This document shows positions 31,560 through 40,013 of a stretch of DNA of 64,000 nucleotides, in pieces. The position numbers and the translations under genes are program-made. The stretch is taken from positions 64,001 through 128,000 of the IMG/VR virus record IMGVR_UViG_3300045988_171725. One strand, written 5' to 3'. The notes under the pieces are model-generated. The model was not told the DNA's origin. It worked only from the letters and a program-made list of their open reading frames with translations, and did no database searches. This DNA comes from a virus. Positions within the stretch are counted from its first letter, which is position 1. Each line of letters opens with the position of its first letter.

Positions 31560-32681
31560 ATGGTGGAATTTATTTTAGGTTTAATTGCTATTGCAATTGG
31601 TGTTATTGTTGGAACAGTTCTTAAGAGATACTCTATTGTGGAAACTGTAAATAACTCGGATAATGAAAGAGTTAAGGTTAAGACCAATCCTCTTAAGAAA
31701 TATGCAGTCATTCCTATTGCAGCTGGAATTGTTTTAGGGTGTATTGGTACATTCTGTGGTAGTGTTGTGTCGGTAACTACAGGTAATACTGGTGTTGTAT
31801 CTACTTTCGGTAAAGTTGAAAACTATACTCTTGAGTCAGGATTCCATTTTAAAGCTCCTTGGAATACTGTAACAGAGATGGATAATAGAGTTCAGAAGCA
31901 GACTATTGAAATGAAATGCTTTAGCTCTGATATTCAGGAAGTTAGTATGAAATATACTCTTAACTATCAAATTGATCGTGCTAATGCTCAGGAAATTTAT
32001 AGAACTATAGGTAAGGATTATTATTCAACTATTATTGAACCTAATATTACTGAGGCTGTAAAAGTTGCTTCTGCTCAGTATACTGCAGAAAAGCTGGTTC
32101 AAACTAGAAGTGAATTAGCAGATGATATTGAAAAACTATTGAGAGAAAATCTTAATAAATATCATATTAATGTAAGTTCAACTGCTATTGAGGATATGGA
32201 TTTTACGGATGCTTTCACTAATGCAGTAGAAGCAAAGCAGGTTGCAGAACAGAAGAAGAAACAAGCAGAAATTGAACAGTCTCAGCAACTTGCTCAAGCT
32301 GAAAATGATAAGAAAATTGCTGAAACAAAAGCTAAAGCTGAAGCAGAGGTAGCAAAGATTAAAGCAGAAGCAGATATGGAAGTAGCTAAGATTGAAGCTG
32401 ATACAGCTGAATATGCAGGTCAGAAAAATGCAGCTATTGCACTTCAAGGACTTGCCTCTACAAATGGGTGGACAGTTGTAACTTATAAAAATCCTGATGG
32501 TGCTTCTATCAATAAGCTTCTTAAATCTGATGGTGAAGTTGTAACTCAAACTGAACTTGAAATTGGCGTTAAGAATTATCTTGAAAAACTTAAAAATGAT
32601 AAATGGGATGGTAAGTTGCCTGTTTATTATCTTGGATCTGATGGAAGTATTACAACTGTAATTCCTACACCTGGCAATTAA
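31560..32681 (+). CDS. SPFH/Band-7 (prohibitin/HflC-like) membrane protein
   Basis: N-terminal TM helix, then GNTGVVSTFGKVENYTLESGFHFKAPWNTV..., followed by an Ala/Glu/Lys coiled coil (AEQKKKQAEIEQSQQLAQAENDKKIAETKAKAEAE). Confidence 0.8.
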   Translation: MVEFILGLIAIAIGVIVGTVLKRYSIVETVNNSDNERVKVKTNPLKKYAVIPIAAGIVLGCIGTFCGSVVSVTTGNTGVVSTFGKVENYTLESGFHFKAPWNTVTEMDNRVQKQTIEMKCFSSDIQEVSMKYTLNYQIDRANAQEIYRTIGKDYYSTIIEPNITEAVKVASAQYTAEKLVQTRSELADDIEKLLRENLNKYHINVSSTAIEDMDFTDAFTNAVEAKQVAEQKKKQAEIEQSQQLAQAENDKKIAETKAKAEAEVAKIKAEADMEVAKIEADTAEYAGQKNAAIALQGLASTNGWTVVTYKNPDGASINKLLKSDGEVVTQTELEIGVKNYLEKLKNDKWDGKLPVYYLGSDGSITTVIPTPGN

Positions 32682-32731
32682 AAGATAATATAAGAAGAAT
32701 TATCCAAAAGAATGGTTGAAGAGAAGTATAA

Positions 32732-33223
32732 ATGAAAAACTATAAGAAGCTAACTTTTAAAAGAAGTAAAAACGCATCTAATGCAAGTTACGAAGAATTA
32801 TTAAATCGTCTTGCCGAACTCGAAGACAAAATCGAGGACGGAACTCTTATTGAGGTTGAGTCGCCTTGTACAGAAGAAAAGTTTGATTATATTTGCAAGT
32901 ATTATGAGAATGGCTTGTGTCATCTCGGCGAGGAATTATTTGGTGTTCCACCTCAGTTGTGTGATTGTATAAATGACTTTGAAAATTGTATGGGTTCTAA
33001 ACCAATTGAATATGAAAAAGAACAGAAGATTGGCATAACTCTTAAAGAAATCAAACAGGATGCCATTACACAATTAGTCAATCTTGTAAATAAAAAATTG
33101 AATATATTGTGTAATAACAAACACAACACCAAATTATCGGCTTTTTATTTATCCAATATGATAAAAGAAGCTTTACATGAACTTGGATATGAGGTTCGAA
33201 TATATGAAAATTCTAATAAATAA
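32732..33223 (+). CDS. hypothetical protein (163 aa)
   Basis: ORF with several Cys residues. No motif recognised. Confidence 0.45.
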   Translation: MKNYKKLTFKRSKNASNASYEELLNRLAELEDKIEDGTLIEVESPCTEEKFDYICKYYENGLCHLGEELFGVPPQLCDCINDFENCMGSKPIEYEKEQKIGITLKEIKQDAITQLVNLVNKKLNILCNNKHNTKLSAFYLSNMIKEALHELGYEVRIYENSNK

Positions 33224-33479
33224 AACTTATCGACCTTTTTGTGATGCTGTGCCTCAAGAATTTTATGATGCGTATAATATAACTGGTGTAGACCAACTTT
33301 GTTTAAGCAGAAAAGATCCAAGATTGATTAAATGGTTAGAGGACCATCCAGAGCAACAGCATCGCACTATTTGGGTAGAAGAAGTTCCAAAAGGGACTAA
33401 ATATAGAATTGTTGTATTAGAAAGTGGTTGCGAAGATATTGAATGTTTTGATGACATTGAGTGGGAAATTGCAGATTAA
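33204..33479 (+). CDS. hypothetical protein (91 aa)
   Basis: ATG 33204 within the listed 33177 ORF. Overlaps the upstream gene's end. Confidence 0.4.
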   Translation: MKILINKTYRPFCDAVPQEFYDAYNITGVDQLCLSRKDPRLIKWLEDHPEQQHRTIWVEEVPKGTKYRIVVLESGCEDIECFDDIEWEIAD

Positions 33480-33495
33480 TAGGAGGATTGAATAT

Positions 33496-33945
33496 ATGAA
33501 ATGCAAGTTTTATTCGGAAGAGATAGGCAAATGCTTATTTGATGGACCACCAGATGATTGTCCTTTTGAAAATAATGAAGATAATTGCGCTTGTTTTGAA
33601 CCCAAAATGATTGAATACGGAAGCAGCGACGTGCATAATGACGAAGACGAGTTTTACAAGAAATATTGCAGAGGATGCAGTTCGTTGGTGTGCAGTGGCG
33701 TCAGAGATACGATCGCAAGAGAGGGTTGTAGATATTATCGGCATGAAATGAAGAAAGAAACTCCCGACAATTTGCCTTTACCCGAAGGCGTCATACCACT
33801 CAAGGGCTACAAAATCGCATTGCCGAAATATTCCGCAAGGATTTCAATTGGCAGTTTGCAAATAAATTTAACTGACAAAACGTTCACCGAAGAGCAAATC
33901 AAAAATATGAAAGAAATGCTTGGTTGGGAGGTTGAAAACTTATAA
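33496..33945 (+). CDS. hypothetical Cys-rich protein (149 aa)
   Basis: AGGAGG RBS 33481-33486 then ATG 33496. Multiple Cys pairs are present. Confidence 0.5.
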   Translation: MKCKFYSEEIGKCLFDGPPDDCPFENNEDNCACFEPKMIEYGSSDVHNDEDEFYKKYCRGCSSLVCSGVRDTIAREGCRYYRHEMKKETPDNLPLPEGVIPLKGYKIALPKYSARISIGSLQINLTDKTFTEEQIKNMKEMLGWEVENL

Positions 33946-34310
33946 TGGAAATTTTGCGAGTGATATTTTTCATACAAGCAGGAGTAACTATTTCTCTTTC
34001 CGTTGGATTGATAACAGAAGGTATTTCGTCAGGTAAATTTGGAATTTTAAATTTACTTGTGAGATCGACGGTTTTGAATAAATTTGGAAAAATTTTTTCA
34101 ATTATATTATATGTACTTATTAGCCCGTTTTGGGCGATAGTGGATACATTGTGGTTTGCAATGACATATAAGAAGGATAATGTAAAATGTAACAATTGCG
34201 GGAAAAATTTTTGTGCAAAAACCACCGAGAGGGCGCCCGCGATTACGGGTGTTGCAAAATGCCCTCATTGTGGTAAGTTTACTGTGATAGATAAAGGAGA
34301 GACAAAATGA
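33945..34310 (+). CDS. membrane protein with a C-terminal zinc ribbon
   Basis: Two or three hydrophobic helices, then CNNCGKNFC...CPHCGKF. Confidence 0.5.
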   Translation: MEILRVIFFIQAGVTISLSVGLITEGISSGKFGILNLLVRSTVLNKFGKIFSIILYVLISPFWAIVDTLWFAMTYKKDNVKCNNCGKNFCAKTTERAPAITGVAKCPHCGKFTVIDKGETK

Positions 34311-34501
34311 AATTAGAACTCGTTCAATACCCTTACCCCAAATCAGGTCCGACCGTTTATCTCGACGATTACCAAATCGCAGGTCCGAGAGCGTATGGCG
34401 TGGGGCCTACGGTCGCGAGTTACGAGCTGAAGAGAGAAAATTTAGAAGATATTCAGAGAATTGTGACACGAGAATTGAACCGTTTAAACGGGATAAAATA
34501 A
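34307..34501 (+). CDS. hypothetical protein (64 aa)
   Basis: ATGA overlap with the upstream gene. Confidence 0.4.
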   Translation: MKLELVQYPYPKSGPTVYLDDYQIAGPRAYGVGPTVASYELKRENLEDIQRIVTRELNRLNGIK

Positions 34502-34518
34502 AAGAGGTGTTTTAATAT

Positions 34519-34800
34519 ATGGATAATGTATGTATGAATATGAACAGTATATGTATGACGGTCGCAGACCTTAAAAGAATTTTAGAAGATTTGCCCGATG
34601 ATATGCTTGTGGCAATCCCCGATCGCGTTGATGAGAATTATAACATTTTGACATGTTGTGTCGCAGTTGGGACCGCTGGCGTTCTGAGCTCGCCGTATGA
34701 GGCGACAAGAGTTTTGTGCTTAAACGCCATAGCAAGCAGAGCAGATACAATCGCGGGTCAGATTAACGACACGATAGAATGCGAACAAGTATTATTTTGA
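34519..34800 (+). CDS. hypothetical protein (93 aa)
   Basis: GAGGTG RBS. Confidence 0.45.
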   Translation: MDNVCMNMNSICMTVADLKRILEDLPDDMLVAIPDRVDENYNILTCCVAVGTAGVLSSPYEATRVLCLNAIASRADTIAGQINDTIECEQVLF

Positions 34801-34822
34801 AACTATTATTTATAATTTTTTT

Positions 34823-34859
34823 AAGAACTTGCGGCTAAATGCTTGACAAGTTCTTTTTT
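34823..34859 (+). terminator. intrinsic terminator whose loop contains the -35 box of promoter P3
   Basis: Stem AAGAACTT 34823-34830 / AAGTTCTT 34848-34855, followed by a T-run through 34859. Confidence 0.5.
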
Positions 34860-34871
34860 ATCTGCTATAAT
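34843..34871 (+). promoter_or_regulatory. early promoter P3
   Basis: TTGACA 34843-34848, 17-nt spacer, TG 34863-34864, TATAAT 34866-34871. Confidence 0.7.
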
Positions 34872-34895
34872 AGAGACACAATCGGAGGTAGAAAT

Positions 34896-35387
34896 ATGGA
34901 AATTGTAACTTGGATCATTTCAGCAGTTGTTCAGGTGACTTTGGCAATCGGGTTTTTTGTGGTTTACACCAAATACCAAAAAGCGACGAAAAAGGTTCGC
35001 AGCTTGGAACGTGAAATCGAGAAACTCACGCAGCCGAGTTTAATCTCTCTAAGCCCCGAAATTTATAACGTGATTTCGCGGTGGATTAAAGATTGCGGGG
35101 TTATGCAGGTCGGGATTGCATTAAAATACGAAAAAGAGAAACGGGGTTATCGTGCCCTGATTTACACGGATCGTGTAGGGTATCTCATCGGGAAAGCGGG
35201 TTGCAAAGTCGCGGCGGTTAAAAAGGAACTCATGGAGCTGAAACAAGCGAATAATATCGTAGGCGTGGAAATCAACGAGGTTTTGGGTTTCATCAATCAA
35301 AGAGAAGTAGATGTGGACGATTATTACAGCGCGTATATGTTGAATTGGCAAGCGTATGAAGACGCAGGCGAAGAAGTGATATATTAA
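34896..35387 (+). CDS. membrane-anchored KH-domain-like protein
   Basis: GGAGGT RBS then ATG 34896. An N-terminal TM helix (VTWIISAVVQVTLAIGFFVVY) is followed by a coiled coil and VGYLIGKAGCKVAAVKKEL, which has the KH-type GxxG signature. Confidence 0.4.
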   Translation: MEIVTWIISAVVQVTLAIGFFVVYTKYQKATKKVRSLEREIEKLTQPSLISLSPEIYNVISRWIKDCGVMQVGIALKYEKEKRGYRALIYTDRVGYLIGKAGCKVAAVKKELMELKQANNIVGVEINEVLGFINQREVDVDDYYSAYMLNWQAYEDAGEEVIY

Positions 35388-35414
35388 AAAGATGATTTTA
35401 TTTGGAGATAAAAG

Positions 35415-35819
35415 ATGGAGCACATAAAAGGTAAAGAACTCGAAACATTCGACGATTTTAGATTTGCAGAAAAACCTGTAATTTTTGAAAATAAGATTGG
35501 GCGGTCTATCGAGGCTGATCTTGAATGGATGTCGGTTGATGAATTTGTAGGCTATAAAAGAAGTGGGTATCGTTTTTATGAAAGAGTAAAGCCTGATAAG
35601 GGTATTTGGCATAAAGTATCGGAAGACGGATTGCCTAAAACAAATGATTATATATTAGTCTATCTTCGTAGTCGAAGCAAGTCGTATCACCCGACTGTTT
35701 CGATGGCTAGGTATACTCCAAATTATGGAGGTTGGTGGATTGCTGTAAATTCCTCTGAAACGCTCGACGATGATGATGAAGTTGTCGCGTGGATGGAAAT
35801 TCCTGAATACGAAGAATAA
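35415..35819 (+). CDS. DUF551-like phage protein
   Basis: The C-terminal ...VVAWMEIPEYEE and W...V...LP pattern is typical of DUF551. Confidence 0.4.
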   Translation: MEHIKGKELETFDDFRFAEKPVIFENKIGRSIEADLEWMSVDEFVGYKRSGYRFYERVKPDKGIWHKVSEDGLPKTNDYILVYLRSRSKSYHPTVSMARYTPNYGGWWIAVNSSETLDDDDEVVAWMEIPEYEE

Positions 35820-35851
35820 TAAAATTGCAGTTTTATCGAGTGGAGGTTGAA

Positions 35852-36820
35852 ATGGAGTATAGATGTAGGATATGTGGAAAGTTAGCGGAAGAAGATGCAC
35901 ATTTTTATAAAACAAAAATGTTATGTAATAGACATTACATTCAAATGTATCGTTATGGGAAAATCATGGATACCATCCCGCGCGGCATTTTAAAACATGT
36001 TTGTGTGGTTTGTGGAGATACAAAATCTTGTCGATATCAAGTTTGGCATGGTGGCGGCGAATACGATGGGCAAGAAGTATGTTCAAAGCATTATACCCAA
36101 TTAAGAAATAAGGGTAAAATTTTGGATTCAGCTCCTGCTCCACATATTAATGTAGAAGATAGAGTCTGTGATGTTTGTGGTTCAACACATCATGTGATTT
36201 ATCATAACGGAAGATATTATTGTTTAAGGCACTATTCGCAAATTAAAAACCTCGGTGGTTTACGCCCGATAACAGTTTTCGATAGAAATGAATATGATAC
36301 AGACGGCGATATAACTTATATTTATATTAGAAACGGTAAGAATGAACGTATCGCTACTTGTAAAATAGATACGGAAGATCTTGATAGAATAATTAAGCAT
36401 AAGTGGAGCTTAGGAACGTGGGGCTATGCTTCGGCCATGCTTGACGGCAACAGTATAATGATGCAGCGTTATATACTTAGTGTGTATGACAAAAAAGATA
36501 TTGTAGATCATATAAATAGAGATCCACTTGATAATAGAAAGAGTAATTTAAGGATAGTAAATAAATCTTTAAACTCAATAAATACAGGGCTACGAGCGAA
36601 TAATGTAAGCGGTGTGACTGGTGTTAGTTGGAGTAATTCATTATCTCATTGGCGTGCTTATATAAATTATGATGGAAAAAGAATAGAACTAGGATGCTTT
36701 GATTCATTCGAAGAAGCGGTTACCGCTCGTTTAATGGCCGAAAATAAATATTATGCTGGGTTGCAACCCCAAATAGAATTATTTGAGAAATACGGAGTTA
36801 AAATAGAAAATGGGCAATAA
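35852..36820 (+). CDS. free-standing HNH homing endonuclease with an AP2-type DNA-binding domain
   Basis: Three CxxCG...C..HY.Q..R.GK zinc modules. The HNH_3-like VDHINRDPLDNRKSNLRIV is followed by the AP2-like SGVTGVSWSNSLSHWRAYINYDGKRIELGCFDSFEEAVTARLMAE. Confidence 0.75.
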   Translation: MEYRCRICGKLAEEDAHFYKTKMLCNRHYIQMYRYGKIMDTIPRGILKHVCVVCGDTKSCRYQVWHGGGEYDGQEVCSKHYTQLRNKGKILDSAPAPHINVEDRVCDVCGSTHHVIYHNGRYYCLRHYSQIKNLGGLRPITVFDRNEYDTDGDITYIYIRNGKNERIATCKIDTEDLDRIIKHKWSLGTWGYASAMLDGNSIMMQRYILSVYDKKDIVDHINRDPLDNRKSNLRIVNKSLNSINTGLRANNVSGVTGVSWSNSLSHWRAYINYDGKRIELGCFDSFEEAVTARLMAENKYYAGLQPQIELFEKYGVKIENGQ

Positions 36821-39800
36821 AAATTATGTTTGTTATCACCTCCATACCGAAGATAGTCTTCTCGATAGTTGCACAAACCATCGACTTTATTCCGATAAAG
36901 CAAAAGAGTTAGGGCAAACCGCTATTGGTTTCTCAGAACATGGAAATTGCTATAACTGGATCGAAAAGAAAGAATATTGCGAAGCTCTCGGATTAAAATA
37001 TATTCACGGTATAGAAATATATCTCACTGAGCACCTTGAACCAAAAGTACGTGATAACTATCACACTATACTTATTGCAAAAGATTATGAGGGGGTGAAA
37101 ACAATTAACTCTCTCTTTAGTTTGTCAACCGATGAAGCGCATTTTTATTACAAACCCCGTTTATCGTTTGATGAATTTAAAAGTATATCATCAGAGCACG
37201 TGATTAGAATAAGTGCGTGTCTTGCATCACCGCTTAATAAATTGCGTGATGAAAGCCTTATTCGGTATTATGATTATTTAGAGATTCAACCCCATATAAA
37301 CAGCGAAGCACAAAAAGAGTATAATTTGTGGCTGTATGATATGGCGCAAAAATATCACAAACCGCTTATCGCTGGAACTGATACTCATAGTATCAATCAA
37401 TATAAAGCCGAGTGCCGTTCGGTTTTGCAGACCGCTAAAAAAATCGAATTTACAAACGAAGACGAGTTTGATTTAACATATAAAAGTTATGAAGAGCTTT
37501 GCGATATGTTCAAAACGCAGGGTGTATTATCCGAACAAACATATCTTGAAGCGATTGAAAACACCAACGTGATGGCGGCGTCTATAGAAGAATTTAAGCT
37601 CGATAAAACATTCAAATATGCAAAATGTTATGAAGATGATGAACTCGAACTTAAACGTAGATGTAACGAAAGATATAAAGACAAAATTACTCGTGGAGTT
37701 ATTAAGCCTAATAAACAATATATTGAAAATGTGAGAGAAGAATTTCGTGTTTTCAAAAAAATTGGTATGCTGGGGTTTATGTTGTTTATGTCCGACCTTG
37801 TAAGTTGGTGTTGGCAAAACGGCATCCCAATTGGCTTTTGTCGTGGGAGTTGTGGGGGATCCACAATTGCATATCTTATAGATATTATTGACGTAGATCC
37901 CGTAGTCTGGCATACGGTATTCTCACGTTTTGCCAATGAAAACCGTACAGAATTGGGCGATATCGATATCGATATAAGCCCCACACAGCGAGAACTTGTT
38001 TATAAGCATATAATTGATACTTACGGCGTCGATTATACTGGTTATATACTTGCCATCGGTACAATTTCCGATAAAGGGACCATCGACGAAATTGGCAGGG
38101 CGTTGCAAACTCGTTGGGAACGTTCTGATAAGGGATATTTGAAACTTGTATCTTATTATGAAAATAAAGGACAAAAACCCGTAATTGATAACGAATTTAT
38201 TCCTTATTACGATGAAAAAAGAAAGGCTGAACTATTGCGTAAATATATCGACGACAAGTCGCCATTCTGCTTAAATCGTATTGCCCAAATTAAAGACGAA
38301 TACGACCAAAATCCCGAGAACACAAAGAAAAAATATCCCGATTTATTTTATTATTTTGACGGATTGTTAAATACGGCGATATCACAATCTATGCACCCCG
38401 CTGGAATTATTGTAAGCCCTATAACATTGCAAGATAATTACGGGATGTTCTGGTCTGACGGTAAAAGAATTCTTCAAATTAATATGGAAGAATGTCATGA
38501 GGTATCACTTAATAAATACGATTTATTGGGTTTGAAGAACGTTGAAATTATTAAAGACACCTGTGTGTTTGCTGGTATACCATATCCAAAATCCTATCAA
38601 ATCAACTGGGAAGACCAAGCGGTATGGAAAGACATGCTTACTTCTCCCGCAGGAATATTTCAGTTTGAAGGAAAATACGCTTTCGATATGTTAAAACAGT
38701 TTGTGCCGTCTAAAATAAACCACTTAAGTTTGGTAAACGCCGCCCTTCGTCCGTCTGGCGCTTCGTACCGAGATCGTCTTATGGCACACGAAATCAATAA
38801 AAACCCATCGCCAATTATCGACGACTTACTTAAAGATAACAATGGTTTTCTTGTTTTCCAAGAAGATACAATTGCTTTTCTTCAAAAGATTTGTGGATTA
38901 AGCGGTGGTGACGCAGACAACGTTCGTAGAGCGATCGGTCGTAAGCAAAAAGATCGACTCGATGCGGCTCTTCCTCAAATACTCGAAGGCTATTGCTCGA
39001 AGTCTGATAAACCTCGCGCAGAAGCAGAAAAAGAGGCAAAAGCGTTTTTACAAATTATTGAGGACTCTGCGAATTATCAATTTGGATTTAATCATTCCAC
39101 AGGTTACAGTATGATCGGTTATACTTGTGCGTTTTTGCGTTATTATTACCCAACCGAATTTATTGCGGCATACTTGAATAACGCGAACAATGATGACGAT
39201 ATTCAAATGGGGACACAGTTGGCAGAATTTAAACATATCCCAATTTTGCCACCTAAGTTCAGACATTCAAAAGATGTTTATGTACCCGATGCAAAAGAGA
39301 AAAAGATATACAAAGGGTTGAGTTCGATTAAGTTTTTATCGTCGGATATTGCTTCTCAACTTTACGAAATGCGAGATATGAAATTCGATTCGTTTGTTGA
39401 TTTTCTTAAGGTTAGCCCTTTGAATTCTAAACAGTTGTATATTCTTACAGTTTTAGATTTCTTTTCTGAATTTGGTGATGTTGGAAAACTCCTCATGATT
39501 ACCGACATTTACAACACTTATTCAGGCAAAAAACTTCTCAAAAAAGAGACCTGCACTCTTCCTCGCGAGGCGGTTCTCCAATTCGCGACTGAGACCGAAA
39601 AGCAATATCGCATAACCGATTCCGCCGCGCTTGTTTCTTATCTCTGCGAGAACGCTAAACCAAAGGAATTCACGCTTTCCGAGCGGTTGGCTTCCGAATT
39701 GGAATATTTGGGATATATCAGTTTCAAAGATTCTTCGAAGCGTTTTTGGGGTTATGTTATTGATGTTCCGTCTACAAAATTTAGTCCTCGTGTAAGTGTT

Positions 39801-40013
39801 TATGATATATCGACTGGGCAACAAAAAATCATAAAGTGTTATAAAAACGCATTTGCAGAACAGCCATTGAGTAAAGGAATGGTTATAATATATGCAACTG
39901 AATCAAAACAAAAAAGTAGAATGAATCCAGAAACGAAGAAATTCGAAAAAATAAACGGAGAATATGAAGATTGGTTTCGTTTTTGGACTATAAAAGAGAA
40001 TCCTTATGCCTAA
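36810..40013 (+). CDS. dnaE: DNA polymerase III alpha subunit (DnaE-type, PHP domain)
   Basis: The N-terminal YHLHTEDSLLDS PHP motif is present, along with GSCGGSTIAYLIDI, IFQFEG and FNHSTGYSMIGYTCAFLRYYYPTEF, which match conserved Pol III alpha blocks. Confidence 0.9.
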   Translation: MGNKNYVCYHLHTEDSLLDSCTNHRLYSDKAKELGQTAIGFSEHGNCYNWIEKKEYCEALGLKYIHGIEIYLTEHLEPKVRDNYHTILIAKDYEGVKTINSLFSLSTDEAHFYYKPRLSFDEFKSISSEHVIRISACLASPLNKLRDESLIRYYDYLEIQPHINSEAQKEYNLWLYDMAQKYHKPLIAGTDTHSINQYKAECRSVLQTAKKIEFTNEDEFDLTYKSYEELCDMFKTQGVLSEQTYLEAIENTNVMAASIEEFKLDKTFKYAKCYEDDELELKRRCNERYKDKITRGVIKPNKQYIENVREEFRVFKKIGMLGFMLFMSDLVSWCWQNGIPIGFCRGSCGGSTIAYLIDIIDVDPVVWHTVFSRFANENRTELGDIDIDISPTQRELVYKHIIDTYGVDYTGYILAIGTISDKGTIDEIGRALQTRWERSDKGYLKLVSYYENKGQKPVIDNEFIPYYDEKRKAELLRKYIDDKSPFCLNRIAQIKDEYDQNPENTKKKYPDLFYYFDGLLNTAISQSMHPAGIIVSPITLQDNYGMFWSDGKRILQINMEECHEVSLNKYDLLGLKNVEIIKDTCVFAGIPYPKSYQINWEDQAVWKDMLTSPAGIFQFEGKYAFDMLKQFVPSKINHLSLVNAALRPSGASYRDRLMAHEINKNPSPIIDDLLKDNNGFLVFQEDTIAFLQKICGLSGGDADNVRRAIGRKQKDRLDAALPQILEGYCSKSDKPRAEAEKEAKAFLQIIEDSANYQFGFNHSTGYSMIGYTCAFLRYYYPTEFIAAYLNNANNDDDIQMGTQLAEFKHIPILPPKFRHSKDVYVPDAKEKKIYKGLSSIKFLSSDIASQLYEMRDMKFDSFVDFLKVSPLNSKQLYILTVLDFFSEFGDVGKLLMITDIYNTYSGKKLLKKETCTLPREAVLQFATETEKQYRITDSAALVSYLCENAKPKEFTLSERLASELEYLGYISFKDSSKRFWGYVIDVPSTKFSPRVSVYDISTGQQKIIKCYKNAFAEQPLSKGMVIIYATESKQKSRMNPETKKFEKINGEYEDWFRFWTIKENPYA

